Positions 51,317 through 62,385 are shown, counted from the first letter of the stretch. The stretch: 64,000 bases of DNA from Aulosira sp. ZfuVER01 (GCA_034530615.2 JAVRCV020000073.1:191027-255026); one strand, 5' to 3'. The notes: generated by a model from the letters alone, not told the origin. Translations and numbers: made by a program.

Positions 51317-52210
51317 ATGTTGGCTCAATTCCAGAGCTTGTATCCCAAAGGTAGTCTTATTTCAGAGTTAGTGCAAATTTTTCAAGGAAAATATATTGTC
51401 TGTGCTAGTGTGCAAATTGACGGCGTTACCCGCGCTACCGGTTTAGCAGCAGCAGAAACAGTAGAAGCCGCAGAAGACCAAGCGCGAAATCGGGCGCTGA
51501 TGGTTTTGGGCATGACAAACACACCTCCGGAAAAAGTGGACTTTTCTCCACCACCCACATCCCAGGTACAAACTAACCCTTCCTTGAGCAAAACTCGTGG
51601 GTTGAATGAATCTGCTTATTCCTCTGCAAAAGAACCAGACTTTGTTAGCAGTGAGTGGTCTGTACCCAGTAGCAAGGAAGTATTTATACCAGCTTCCAGT
51701 GGACAGCACAGCCAACCAGATTTTGTCACCACTGACAAGGAAAAATTACCAACAGATAGCTACAGCACAAGTAAAAGCGATATCTACAGCCAAGAGTTAG
51801 AGCGGAATTTTCCTCTAACTACTCACCTAGAAGCCCAATTTGATACCCCAATCGAAAATTTAGAAATTGCATCTAGTAGTCAGACGGAACATCAACCTTT
51901 AACAGGGATAACCGCTAGTAATGTCACCCCGTTTACACCGCGCAGTTCTAGTTCCTCTGATGATGTGAGTACGTCAACAGGGACAGGGAAGAAAAAAAAG
52001 AAAAGCGAACCCGTGGATTTATCTGATGTAATTGCCAAAACCGATGTTGAGCTTCAGCGCTTAGGCTGGACACCAGAACAGGGAAGAGAGCATTTAATTA
52101 AAACCTATGGTAAGCGAGGGCGAACTTTGCTGACAGAAGACGAATTACACGGATTTCTGAAATATTTGGAATCTCAACCTACACCAAAAGACCCGTTAAT
52201 GGGATTTTGA
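51317..52210 (+). CDS. Conserved cyanobacterial hypothetical protein (folded N- and C-domains, Ser/Thr-rich linker)
   Basis: Long ORF; C-terminal ELQRLGWTPEQGREHLIKTYGKRGR. Confidence 0.8.
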   Translation: MLAQFQSLYPKGSLISELVQIFQGKYIVCASVQIDGVTRATGLAAAETVEAAEDQARNRALMVLGMTNTPPEKVDFSPPPTSQVQTNPSLSKTRGLNESAYSSAKEPDFVSSEWSVPSSKEVFIPASSGQHSQPDFVTTDKEKLPTDSYSTSKSDIYSQELERNFPLTTHLEAQFDTPIENLEIASSSQTEHQPLTGITASNVTPFTPRSSSSSDDVSTSTGTGKKKKKSEPVDLSDVIAKTDVELQRLGWTPEQGREHLIKTYGKRGRTLLTEDELHGFLKYLESQPTPKDPLMGF

Positions 52211-52255
52211 GGGGTTTGTCATTTGTCATTTGTCCTTGGTCATTTGTCCTTAGCA

Positions 52256-52310
52256 AAAACCCCCTCTAGTTTCCTTCGTCGCTGGCGAAGAGCCTTAGAG
52301 GGGGTTTATT
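52256..52310. terminator. Bidirectional terminator-like hairpin
   Basis: AAAAACCCCCTCTA...TAGAGGGGGTTTATTT between convergent genes. Confidence 0.6.
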
Positions 52311-52410
52311 TAATTTAATTCCTGTGTAATTACCAGCTAGTCCTGTATTTTTCAGCAATTCTAGCTATCTTCATGCTGGAAAATTCTACTTTTTTTAGGG
52401 GGGATTTAGC

Positions 52411-53076
52411 TTAACGCGGATAAATCCGAATTCCCCGCGTTCTTCCTCTAAATGGTTGGCGGTATTCCTGATACCGGGAACGCTCCTCAAACACGGGATT
52501 TCTGAGTGGCGCATTGCGGAAGATGGGATTAACCATGTTCGGATAAGTGAGATTGGGATTGATAATGGTTTGGGGGTATGGCGGATAAGAGTAAATAGTG
52601 GTTCTGGGGCGGTAGTAATTAGAGTGACGGTGGTAGTAGAAATTACTGTTAGACGGTATATGCTTCGTTACCCGATTGATCGGTATGGGAGTAGCAATCG
52701 GGCTAATGTAAATATACGAACTCTCTGTTTGATTCAGAGGTATGGGAGTGGCAATTGGACCATTGTAAATATACGAACCCTGTGTTTGATTCAGAGGTAC
52801 GGGAAGCGCTACCGGACTACTGTAAATATACGAACCCTGTGTTTGATTCAGAGGTATGGGAACCGCTATTGGGCTACTGTAAGTAACGGCACTCTCTGTT
52901 TGATTCAGAGGTACGGGAGTAGCAATTGGGCTACTGTAAGTAACGGAACTCTCATTTGGTACTTCTTTGACGACACCATTAATAATCATCACTGATTGAG
53001 CAGCAGCGGGGGCAATTGTAGCGCTCATCAATGCTAGAGTTACACCTGCACCCAGCCAATTCTTGATGTTATCCAT
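52411..53076 (-). CDS. Secreted protein with five tandem 19-aa Pro-rich repeats
   Basis: Signal peptide (APAAA-Q); 57-nt tandem repeats encoding YSSPIATPIPLNQT-type units. Confidence 0.75.
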   Translation of the reverse strand: MDNIKNWLGAGVTLALMSATIAPAAAQSVMIINGVVKEVPNESSVTYSSPIATPVPLNQTESAVTYSSPIAVPIPLNQTQGSYIYSSPVALPVPLNQTQGSYIYNGPIATPIPLNQTESSYIYISPIATPIPINRVTKHIPSNSNFYYHRHSNYYRPRTTIYSYPPYPQTIINPNLTYPNMVNPIFRNAPLRNPVFEERSRYQEYRQPFRGRTRGIRIYPR

Positions 53077-53272
53077 ATTTTGTTTCCCCGTAAATTTTAT
53101 AACCTGGAATTACTGTAATTATTAGCTACAAACACTTAACAAATAGCTGTAGCTGCTTAATGAAAATTTTAAATGTCTATCTAATCTAATTTTGCCAGAT
53201 TCCTTAAAGATTCCACAAAGATTACTGACATTGGCAAAATAAATTAAAGCAGTATTAATTTGTGTACATAAC

Positions 53273-53794
53273 GTGAATGCAGAAAGTTTAGAAATTGCCA
53301 GATCTCACTACCAAGCTGGGAGAGTTGCTTTTGAAAACGGGCAATACCGAGAAGCTATAGAAAATCTGGAAAAAGCCAGCGCACTTTTATCGCGCAATTC
53401 TCGCTTTGGGGGTGAAGTTGATATTTGGCTAGTGACAGCTTATGAAGCGGCTGGAAGGACAGAGGATGCGATCGCACTTTGCGAACAACTCAAACGTCAT
53501 CCCTACTCAGAAACTAGCAAACAAGCTCGGCATTTACTCTACATTTTAAAAGCACCAAAGCTCAAAAGACCCAGTGAGTGGATGACCGAAATTCCTGATT
53601 TGGGAAAATTACCAGAAAATGACTCACAAATTCGGGTAACTGTCAAGCCTCGCCAAGCTTCTGGGCAAAAGAAATCTGCGGAACCAGAATTTGTCGATCT
53701 CAGCCAGGTCAATACCAAAGATAATCGCTTTATCTGGCTAGCATTAGTTGTCATTGGATTAATGCTTTCTTACTTGGTATGGTTGAGTTTTTAA
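53273..53794 (+). CDS. TPR protein with a C-terminal membrane anchor
   Basis: YQAGRVAFENGQYREAI; C-terminal TM. Confidence 0.78.
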   Translation: MNAESLEIARSHYQAGRVAFENGQYREAIENLEKASALLSRNSRFGGEVDIWLVTAYEAAGRTEDAIALCEQLKRHPYSETSKQARHLLYILKAPKLKRPSEWMTEIPDLGKLPENDSQIRVTVKPRQASGQKKSAEPEFVDLSQVNTKDNRFIWLALVVIGLMLSYLVWLSF

Positions 53795-53877
53795 GGAAAA
53801 CTTTCTTTACATCAACAGTGCCAAGAGTTAGTAGTAAAGATTGGTTAAATATTCGCTAGTTTCGGAGATTTATACTA

Positions 53878-54816
53878 ATGAATTTGTCGTATTTAGGAAA
53901 GAGCTTACTATGGTTAATTAGACCATTAAGTTTTGCGATCAAAAAAAAAGAATTGTTCACAAAATTTGCTGGTCGCCAGCCCATTAACCGCAACTTTCCT
54001 ACTCCACGAAGTAACCGGAACGCCAAAATCCCCAAACCGATTTTGTGGATGGTACTGTTAGCTTCTTTGCTGTTATCTGGTTGTGTCAAGTACGACGTAG
54101 GCGTAAACTTTGACAACTCCAATCACGGCGAATTGGTGCAGCATATTAAATTAGGAGAACGGCTCACCAGCTTTAGTGGGGATTACGTGTATGAATGGCT
54201 GAATAGCATAGAGCGTCGCGCTCGGAAACTAGAAGGCAAATCCAAGCGAATTTCTCCAGAAGAAATTATGGTGACAATTCCCTTCAGTAATGGGCAAGAA
54301 CTCCAAGAGAAGTTTAACGAGTTTTTTAATTCTCGCACCAATCAACAACCTGAAGCGGTGAAAAGCGAATCAGATTCAGAACTGCCGAAAATTGAATCAA
54401 ACTTGCTCATCGAGCAGAACAACTTTTTACTGTTGGTGCGGAATCGCTTAATTTATGATTTGGATTTGCGATCGCTATCTTTAATTGCCAGCAACGGTAA
54501 CGTTCTAGCGAACACAGGTTCAATCCTCGATTTGGATTTTAGCTTGAAAGCCCCTTTTGGAGCGAAAAATATTCCCATTGCCGAAAATGCGATCGAGCCG
54601 GAAAAGAACAAAAATCAATTGGTGTGGAAGCTGAGAACTGGCGAACTAAATCACATAGAAGTAGTTTTCTGGCTTCCTAGTCCTCTCGGTATTGGGGCGT
54701 TGCTGATTGCCTTGTTTGTTTGGGGTGGAATTTATCTGCGATACACTTTTATGCCAGATCCCAGGATTCAGTTTGCGTCTAAAACAGCAGTGTCTGAAAG
54801 TGCTGTTGCTGAATGA
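53878..54816 (+). CDS. DUF3153-like lipoprotein with C-terminal TM
   Basis: LLLSGCVKYDVGVNF and FWLPSPLGIG. Confidence 0.75.
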   Translation: MNLSYLGKSLLWLIRPLSFAIKKKELFTKFAGRQPINRNFPTPRSNRNAKIPKPILWMVLLASLLLSGCVKYDVGVNFDNSNHGELVQHIKLGERLTSFSGDYVYEWLNSIERRARKLEGKSKRISPEEIMVTIPFSNGQELQEKFNEFFNSRTNQQPEAVKSESDSELPKIESNLLIEQNNFLLLVRNRLIYDLDLRSLSLIASNGNVLANTGSILDLDFSLKAPFGAKNIPIAENAIEPEKNKNQLVWKLRTGELNHIEVVFWLPSPLGIGALLIALFVWGGIYLRYTFMPDPRIQFASKTAVSESAVAE

Positions 54817-54829
54817 AGTAGTTCGATTT

Positions 54830-54861
54830 AGCTCCCCGACTTTTTGAAAAAGTCGGGGAGC
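54830..54861. terminator. Perfect palindromic hairpin between convergent genes
   Basis: GCTCCCCGACTTTTT-G-AAAAAGTCGGGGAGC. Confidence 0.7.
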
Positions 54862-54875
54862 TGGGCTAACACTCA

Positions 54876-55520
54876 TTAAGGAGATAAGCGCTCAATTTTC
54901 CAATTGCCATCATCTAAGCAAGTATAAAGCAAGCGATCGTGCAGGCGGCTTGACCTTCCTTGCCAAAACTCAATTTCTGTAGGTATCACTCGCAAACCTC
55001 CCCAATGAGGAGGCCTGGGCACTTCTAGATGGTCATATTTGCGCTGCAACTCCTGCAATCTTTGCTCTAAGTCTTCTCGGTTGGCTATAACTTCGCTTTG
55101 ATTTGATGCCCATGCACCGAGGCGGCTATTTGCTGGACGGCTGTCAAAATAGCGATCGGATTCGGGTTCGGAAACTTGCTCCACTCGTCCAGCGATCCTG
55201 ACTTGGCGTTCTAATTCTGCCCACCAAAAAACCAATGCCGCTTGGGGATTTTCTGCCAGTTCTTGCCCTTTACGACTGTTATAGTTGGTGAAGAAGACAA
55301 AACCCCGTTCATCAAAATCTTTGAGTAGCACCATTCTGGCTGAAGGCTGACCATCTGGTGTCGCGGTTGCTAAAGTCATAGCATTAGGTTCGGGAAGTTG
55401 GGCGGACAATGCCTGATCGAACCATTTTTTAAATTGTATAAATGGATTAGGGTCAACCTGAGATTCGCTCAAATCTTGTAAGGTGTAATCTTTACGAAGG
55501 TCGGCAATGGGTTGATGCAT
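54876..55520 (-). CDS. pdxH: Pyridoxamine 5'-phosphate oxidase
   Basis: Motifs [36 protein letters not shown]. Confidence 0.96.
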   Translation of the reverse strand: MHQPIADLRKDYTLQDLSESQVDPNPFIQFKKWFDQALSAQLPEPNAMTLATATPDGQPSARMVLLKDFDERGFVFFTNYNSRKGQELAENPQAALVFWWAELERQVRIAGRVEQVSEPESDRYFDSRPANSRLGAWASNQSEVIANREDLEQRLQELQRKYDHLEVPRPPHWGGLRVIPTEIEFWQGRSSRLHDRLLYTCLDDGNWKIERLSP

Positions 55521-55691
55521 CGTGATTTACTTCCTTGCGATCGGATATGCGTATATATGTCTTTGTCCAAAATATCTATTATTGCGATCTGTACCAATGC
55601 CAGTGAAAAAAGATTGCATTTAATACCAAATTGGGTTAGGTAGTATTTGAGATCGTGCTTAACAATCCAATATCCAACATCCAAAATTGGT

Positions 55692-56795
55692 ATGATGCGC
55701 CGTTCAGCCTCTCTTCAAAGTTTATTAATTTATGGTCTGAGCGGTCCGATTATCGCTCTTAATGTCTGGCTGCTCTCTGTACTATTTCATTATTTCCAGC
55801 ATCCCATCACTATCTTGAGCATTGCAGCAATTCTGGCTTTTTTATTAAATTATCCAGTTCAGTTTTTTAAACGTGCGCGGATCACTCATGCACAAGCTGT
55901 GATCGTTGTTTTGCTCGTGACTTTAACCCTGGTGGTGATTCTGGGCGTAACTTTAGTGCCGATCCTCATTGACCAAACAATTCAACTCTTGAATAAGATT
56001 CCTGATTGGTTAACTAGTAGCCAAAGAAACCTGGAACAAGTGGAGGCGTTGGCAAGACAGCGGCGTTTACCCATAGATTTGAGAGTGGTAAGTAATCAAA
56101 TTAATGCTAATATTCAAAATTTAGTGCAGCAGCTAGCTTCTGGTGCGGTAGGATTTGCCGGAACGCTATTATCAGGATTGGTAAATTCTGTATTAGTAGT
56201 CGTACTGGCGTTTTATATGCTCCTGTATGGCGATCGCGTCTGGTTGGGTCTGGTCAGTCTGTTACCATCTAATATCAGAATCCCCTTAACCGCATCCTTA
56301 CGATTAAATTTTCAGAACTTTTTCCTTAGTCAGTTGTTGTTGGGGCTATTTATGGTAGTTACCCTGACTCCGATTTTCTTAATTCTGAAGGTTCCATTTG
56401 CCTTATTGTTTGCCATAGTCATTGGCATAGGTGAATTAATTCCCTTTGTGGGAGCAACTCTAGCTATTGGTTTAGTAACAATATTGGTGCTGCTCCAAAA
56501 TTGGTGGTTAGCAGTTGAAGTTGCTTTTGCGGCAATTCTCATGCAGCAGGTTAAAGATAACCTGTTAGCTCCTAAGTTAATGGGTGACTTTATTGGACTG
56601 AACCCCATCTGGATTTTTGTTGCTATTTTAATGGGGTTTGAAATTGCTGGATTGTTGGGAACACTCGTTGCTGTCCCGATTGCCGGTACTATCAAAGGAA
56701 CTTTCGATGCGATTAAAAGCGGCAAAACAGGTGAGTTTGTACCACCTTTTACAATTACTTATGATTCTGACTGCGATGAAGACGGTAAAAATTAA
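55692..56795 (+). CDS. AI-2E family transporter
   Basis: Multi-TM protein; IPFVG, QQVKDNLLAPKLMG, GLNPIWI; ATG at 55692. Confidence 0.88.
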   Translation: MMRRSASLQSLLIYGLSGPIIALNVWLLSVLFHYFQHPITILSIAAILAFLLNYPVQFFKRARITHAQAVIVVLLVTLTLVVILGVTLVPILIDQTIQLLNKIPDWLTSSQRNLEQVEALARQRRLPIDLRVVSNQINANIQNLVQQLASGAVGFAGTLLSGLVNSVLVVVLAFYMLLYGDRVWLGLVSLLPSNIRIPLTASLRLNFQNFFLSQLLLGLFMVVTLTPIFLILKVPFALLFAIVIGIGELIPFVGATLAIGLVTILVLLQNWWLAVEVAFAAILMQQVKDNLLAPKLMGDFIGLNPIWIFVAILMGFEIAGLLGTLVAVPIAGTIKGTFDAIKSGKTGEFVPPFTITYDSDCDEDGKN

Positions 56796-57338
56796 AAAAT
56801 TGTAATTTAATTGAGCTAACTTTATCTAGGCTCTAGAATTGCATTCTCCTGTAAAAAGCGTAGACATCGCGCCACCCCAATTCACTCAGGTTTTTACATT
56901 TAATCTCATTAAATTTCCATCTAACTTACACATCTTGATTAACCAAATATACTGAAAATTTTACCGCGAAAGTATTATAAATCACTTATAGATTCTTAAA
57001 TTACCATTAGAGAAATATCATATTATACTTGAGTCTCTCGACTGAGAACTATACCATTGGCTAGTTCCAGTGCAATTAATGTAGATTTCAAAATGCCTGA
57101 CAATTTACAGTTGCACAATCTGAAATCAAAATTCACAATGGTATTGAATCCCCATTTTTTAAAAAATTAAGTATAATTTCCTAGGTAATTTTTGATCCTT
57201 AATGAGACATGTATGCTTTGTGCCAATTTTTATCTACATCGTCGCAAGTGATGCTTTTACAAAATCAGCATCACTTGCTAGCCCCATAAGTCAAATGTTT
57301 AATCTACGTACTTTTAACTTAATTACAGAAACTAATTA

Positions 57339-58169
57339 ATGGATGCATCCGAGCTATTAGAAACAATTACACTTCTAATTCAACAAGCTGAACAAGGAGA
57401 AATCGATCCTTGGGATGTTCAGGTCATTGAGGTGATTGACCGTTACTTAGAACTAATGGCACCGGAGTCCACAGCAAGAGGCTATGAAGCTGACTTGTCT
57501 CAATCTGGACAGGCTTTCTTATCAGCATCAATGTTGGTGTTATTTAAGGCAAACACCTTAATGCAATTACAATCAGCAGCAGATGAACAAGCAGTTACAC
57601 TAGATGAAGAACTGCTTGAAAGTGAAGATGGGTTATTACATCCAACCCCTCGCCTGCCCTTAGAGCATCACTTGCGTCGTCGTCCAGCAGCTATGCCACC
57701 ACCGAAGCGTCGCGTGACTTTGCAAGAGTTAATCGAACAATTGCAGATCATGGCGAATCAGCTAAAACTTGTACAGAAAAGTAGCAAACCTGCCCGTCCT
57801 CGGCGTCAGCCCACTGTCCAATCTATGCGAGCCGCCTTAGAATTGGCTCACCAGGAAAATCTGACGGAAGTAGCTGGGGAACTAGAGCAGGTACTACATC
57901 TTTCAGCAACAAAGTTACATTTGGAGCAAAACTGGCTGAATTTGGAACAGCTTGTGGAGTTATGGACTCAAAGTAAACAACCACACCAGAATGGCTCGGC
58001 CCATGTATCAGAACACAGTCACTTAGTTAGTGTTTTCTGGGCACTACTACTGCTATCGGCTCAATCTAAGGTAGAGCTATTGCAGGAGGAGTTTTACCAG
58101 GAAATTAAAATTCGCTTACTCATAGATTCGGCTAGCACCTGCCAACCCTTGGAGCAGCCAATGAACTGA
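57339..58169 (+). CDS. scpA: Segregation and condensation protein A (kleisin)
   Basis: Motifs GEIDPWDV, ASMLVLFKA, RRVTLQEL, FWALLLL..Q. Confidence 0.88.
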   Translation: MDASELLETITLLIQQAEQGEIDPWDVQVIEVIDRYLELMAPESTARGYEADLSQSGQAFLSASMLVLFKANTLMQLQSAADEQAVTLDEELLESEDGLLHPTPRLPLEHHLRRRPAAMPPPKRRVTLQELIEQLQIMANQLKLVQKSSKPARPRRQPTVQSMRAALELAHQENLTEVAGELEQVLHLSATKLHLEQNWLNLEQLVELWTQSKQPHQNGSAHVSEHSHLVSVFWALLLLSAQSKVELLQEEFYQEIKIRLLIDSASTCQPLEQPMN

Positions 58170-58398
58170 GTAAGTCTCATCCGGCTATTGAGAAAATCTA
58201 CCACTGTTGTATCAGCAAACTCTAAAATCTAAGTAAATTCAAAATCTCACCGTTTGCTTATTATTTCGCTCTACCGCTAGTTGCAACAATCGGCAACTTC
58301 CCGTAATTTTTGCTATCAGGGATGAATAAAAACATAATAGAGCAATGAAGTCTAACTCGTTGAAAGTAAACTGGCTTGTGGTTGAGGAATAAATCTTT

Positions 58399-59568
58399 AT
58401 GAAAGCGATGATTCTTGCGGCGGGTAAAGGTACTCGTGTCCGTCCGATTACCTATACAATCCCGAAACCGATGATTCCTATCCTGCAAAAGCCAGTGATG
58501 GAATTTTTACTGGAACTGCTACGGCAGCATGGTTTCGACCAAATTATGGTCAACGTTAGCCATTTGGCTGAAGAAATAGAAAATTATTTTCGTGATGGTC
58601 AGCGGTTTGGTGTACAGATTGCCTATTCTTTTGAAGGTAAAATTGATGACGACGGTAAACTCGTCGGGGAAGCGATTGGATCGGCGGGCGGGATGCGGCG
58701 CATCCAAGACTTCTCACCATTTTTTGACGATACCTTTGTGGTATTGTGCGGTGATGCTTTGATTGACTTAGATTTAACAGAGGCAGTCAAATGGCATAGA
58801 GCCAAAGGGTCGATCGCTACGATTATTTCCAAATCAGTTCCTTTGGAAGAAGTTTCTAGCTACGGTGTGGTCGTTACTGATGAAGATGGACGTGTTAAAG
58901 CTTTCCAAGAAAAACCCTCAACCGAAGAAGCCCTAAGCACCAACATCAATACAGGTATTTACATCTTTGAGCCAGAAGTATTTAAGTATATCCCTTCTGG
59001 AGTGGAGTACGACATTGGTAGCCAGCTATTCCCCAAACTCGTGGAAATTGGTGCGCCTTTCTATGCTATCCCTATGGACTTTGAATGGGTGGATATTGGT
59101 AAGGTTCCCGACTACTGGCGAGCAATTCAGGGTGTGCTGTCGGGCGAAATTAAAAATGTGCAAATCCCCGGTCATGAAGTCGCTCCCGGTATCTACACTG
59201 GCTTAAATGTGGCTGTGAATTGGGACAAAGTGGATATCACAGGCCCAGTTTACATCGGTGGCATGACCAGAATCGAAGACGGAGCCAAAATTGTGGGCCC
59301 GGCGATGATTGGCCCCAATTGTTGGATATGCAGTGGTGCGACTGTAGAAAACAGCGTCATTTTTGAATGGTCACGTCTGGGGCCGGGAGTCCGCTTAGTG
59401 GATAAGCTGGTGTTTGGACGTTACTGCGTCGATAAAACTGGCGCAACTATTGACGTTCAAGCTGCGGCTTTAGACTGGCTAATTACCGATGCTCGTCAAG
59501 CACCGCCATCTCAAACTCCAGCTGAAAGACAAGCGATCGCAGAATTACTCAATACAACTGCGATTTAG
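58399..59568 (+). CDS. cugP: Cyanobacterial sugar-1-phosphate nucleotidyltransferase (CugP UDP-glucose pyrophosphorylase type)
   Basis: MKAMILAAGKGTRVRPITYTIPKPMIP; C-terminal LbH repeats. Confidence 0.78.
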   Translation: MKAMILAAGKGTRVRPITYTIPKPMIPILQKPVMEFLLELLRQHGFDQIMVNVSHLAEEIENYFRDGQRFGVQIAYSFEGKIDDDGKLVGEAIGSAGGMRRIQDFSPFFDDTFVVLCGDALIDLDLTEAVKWHRAKGSIATIISKSVPLEEVSSYGVVVTDEDGRVKAFQEKPSTEEALSTNINTGIYIFEPEVFKYIPSGVEYDIGSQLFPKLVEIGAPFYAIPMDFEWVDIGKVPDYWRAIQGVLSGEIKNVQIPGHEVAPGIYTGLNVAVNWDKVDITGPVYIGGMTRIEDGAKIVGPAMIGPNCWICSGATVENSVIFEWSRLGPGVRLVDKLVFGRYCVDKTGATIDVQAAALDWLITDARQAPPSQTPAERQAIAELLNTTAI

Positions 59569-59666
59569 GGCATGGGGCATGGGGCATCGGGCATTGGCAA
59601 GAGATAAAGAAGAAAACTTCCTCACTCCCCTTGTCTCCTTGTCTCCCTTGTCCCCAGTCCCCGTTT

Positions 59667-61685
59667 CTAACTATTCAAGTACGTGTATCTTCTGAGACTC
59701 TGTTCGTAGGTTTGCAGGAGTCGCTGCGATTCTGCTAGGGTGATGCGCTTTTCTTCCAAAGCTTTTTCGCAGCGCTGGCGGATGTTTTCTACCATGTCTT
59801 CGGAGTCATACTGTACGTAGCTGACTACTTCGCTCATGGTATCGCCTTTGACAACGTGTTCAATTTGGTAGCCTTTGGGGGTCAATTGAATGTGAACTGC
59901 GTTGGTGTCGCCAAATAGGTTGTGTAAATTACCCATGATTTCTTGGTAAGCTCCACTGAGGAACATTCCCAAATAATAGGGTTCTCCTGGCTTATAGGTG
60001 TGCAGCTCTAAAACAGATTTAACATCACGCAAATCAATAAAACGGTCAATTTTGCCATCGCTATCGCAGGTGAGATCTGCCAAAATTCCCCGCCGTGTAG
60101 GTTCTTCATCTAGACGGTGTATGGGCATGATCGGGAATAATTGGTCGATCGCCCAACAATCTGGTGCTGATTGAAACACCGAAAGATTCGAGTAATAAAT
60201 AGAAGCCATGATTTTTTCCAGGTCTTCTAGTTCGTCGGGTACGTATTCCTGCTGCCTAGTGATGTGAAGAATTTTGTGGCAACAAGCCCAGTAAAGGCGT
60301 TCGGCTTTGGCACGTTCTCGCAAGCGCAAAATGCCCAAGTTGAAACGGCTAATGGCTTCTTCTTTAAATTGGGCGGCGTCGTGGTAAAACTCTTGATAAT
60401 TTTCTTTGTTAATTGATTGGTAGGTTTCCCACAGGTAATTAATGATTGGGGATTCGCCCTCTTGTGGGGGTTCTGGAGGATCGAGGGGGACATCACTGGT
60501 ACTGAGAATATCAAAAATCAGCACTGATTGATGGGAAGCGATCGCTCTCCCACTTTCACTAATTAATGTTGGTACGGGAATTTGCCGTTCCGCACAGGTA
60601 TCTTTTAACTCTGCCACGATGTCGTTGGCATAGTTTTGCATGTTGTAGTTTTTCGAGGCGTAGAAGTTGGTTTGGGAGCCATCGTAATCTACACCCAAGC
60701 CACCACCAACATCGAGATATTTCATATCTGCCCCCAGCATTGCCAACTCTACGTAGATGCGGCTGGCTTCTTGGATGGCATCTTTAATCACATTAATCGC
60801 TGAGATTTGGGAGCCGATATGGAAATGCATCAACTGCAAAGAATCAAGCAAATCAGCTTCGCGCAGCTTATCAACTGCCTCGATTACCTCAGGCATAGTT
60901 AGACCAAATTTAGCGCGATCGCCGCTGGAAGTTCCCCAGCGTCCCATGCCTTGAGTACTGAGTTTTGCCCGTACTCCTAAGATAGGTTTAATACCCAACT
61001 GGCGGTTAGCAGCAATTACTAGATCGACTTCTTCAATTTGCTCTAAGACAATAATTGGTGTTTGCCCTAGTCTTTGGGCTAACATTGCCGTTTCGATGTA
61101 TTCCTGGTCTTTATAGCCATTGCAAACTAACAATGCTCCTGGTGTATCTAAGATAGCTAGAGCAATCATTAATTCTGGCTTGGAACCTGCTTCTAAACCA
61201 AATTGATGGGGTTTGCCAAACTTGACCAAATCTTCAATCAAATGGCGCTGTTGGTTGCATTTGACAGGAAATACACCACGATAGACACCAGGATAGTTAT
61301 AACGGGCGATCGCTTTGGCAAAACAGGCGTTTAAGCGCTCAATCCGGTCTTCCAAAATGTCCGAAAAGCGAATCAACATTGGCAGCCCTAAATTGCGCTG
61401 CTTCAAGGCGTTGACTAATTCAAACAAATCCAGAGAACCGCCGCGATCGCCCTTGGGGGAAACAGTCACATGACCGGCAGCATTAATCGAAAAATAAGGT
61501 TGTCCCCAACCTTCGATGCGATACAGGGCTTCGCTGTCCTCAATTTTCCAGGAACGAGGCGAATCTTCTGTACTAATACTAGGTGCTAAAAGCTTTTTGG
61601 GCTTATTGTTCTTCACTTCCGGTTTGTGTCCATTGGACGACAGCTTAACTACCTCTTCAGATGTAGCAGTTGACTCAACACCCAT
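59667..61685 (-). CDS. speA: Biosynthetic arginine decarboxylase
   Basis: Motifs FPVKCNQ (PLP Lys), HFHIGSQI, DVGGGLGVDYDG, DLTCDSDG; ATG at 61685. Confidence 0.96.
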   Translation of the reverse strand: MGVESTATSEEVVKLSSNGHKPEVKNNKPKKLLAPSISTEDSPRSWKIEDSEALYRIEGWGQPYFSINAAGHVTVSPKGDRGGSLDLFELVNALKQRNLGLPMLIRFSDILEDRIERLNACFAKAIARYNYPGVYRGVFPVKCNQQRHLIEDLVKFGKPHQFGLEAGSKPELMIALAILDTPGALLVCNGYKDQEYIETAMLAQRLGQTPIIVLEQIEEVDLVIAANRQLGIKPILGVRAKLSTQGMGRWGTSSGDRAKFGLTMPEVIEAVDKLREADLLDSLQLMHFHIGSQISAINVIKDAIQEASRIYVELAMLGADMKYLDVGGGLGVDYDGSQTNFYASKNYNMQNYANDIVAELKDTCAERQIPVPTLISESGRAIASHQSVLIFDILSTSDVPLDPPEPPQEGESPIINYLWETYQSINKENYQEFYHDAAQFKEEAISRFNLGILRLRERAKAERLYWACCHKILHITRQQEYVPDELEDLEKIMASIYYSNLSVFQSAPDCWAIDQLFPIMPIHRLDEEPTRRGILADLTCDSDGKIDRFIDLRDVKSVLELHTYKPGEPYYLGMFLSGAYQEIMGNLHNLFGDTNAVHIQLTPKGYQIEHVVKGDTMSEVVSYVQYDSEDMVENIRQRCEKALEEKRITLAESQRLLQTYEQSLRRYTYLNS

Positions 61686-61928
61686 TTCTTCCTGACCTCT
61701 GTGTTTCACCCACGAATTTTCAATTTAACGCATTCATCTGCGATCGCAAATGCACCCAGTGATAATTTCTGAGATAAACTCTGATTGGTCAAGAGTCAAA
61801 AGTCAGGACTAAGTGGTCAGTGGAAATACACCTGACATCTTAACAAGTACGGGTTTAGCAATGCTAAAACCCTACAACTGCATCAGACAATTGATCTTGA
61901 AAAATTTATTAAGTTTTCGGAGATAGCT

Positions 61929-62378
61929 TTGGAACGCACATTTTTAGCAATTAAGCCCGATGGCGTACAGCGCGGACTGGTAAGTGAAATTATCGGTCGC
62001 TTTGAAAAAAAAGGTTTTACCCTTGTTGGTTTGAAGCTGCTCAAACCCAGCCGGGAATTAGCTGAACAGCACTACGATGTTCACCGCGAAAGACCCTTTT
62101 TTGCAGGATTGGTAGAATTCATCACCTCTGGCCCTGTAGTAGCCATGGTTTGGGAAGGTGAAGGCGTTATTGCCTCTGCAAGAAAACTAATTGGTGCGAC
62201 GAATCCTTTAAATTCAGAACCAGGAACCATTCGTGGTGACTTGGGGATCAACATCGGTCGTAACATTATCCACGGTTCCGATGCTCCGGAAACAGCGCAA
62301 AAAGAAGTTGCTCTGTGGTTTAAAGACGAAGAATTAGTTAACTGGCAACCAGAATTAACTCGTTGGTTGCACGAGTAG
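61929..62378 (+). CDS. ndk: Nucleoside diphosphate kinase
   Basis: Motifs [33 protein letters not shown] start. Confidence 0.97.
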   Translation: MERTFLAIKPDGVQRGLVSEIIGRFEKKGFTLVGLKLLKPSRELAEQHYDVHRERPFFAGLVEFITSGPVVAMVWEGEGVIASARKLIGATNPLNSEPGTIRGDLGINIGRNIIHGSDAPETAQKEVALWFKDEELVNWQPELTRWLHE

Positions 62379-62385
62379 AAAAAGA

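Noticed and set aside
52456..52995. 179-aa plus-strand repeat ORF
   Set aside because: It is the antisense shadow of the signal-peptide-bearing minus-strand gene.
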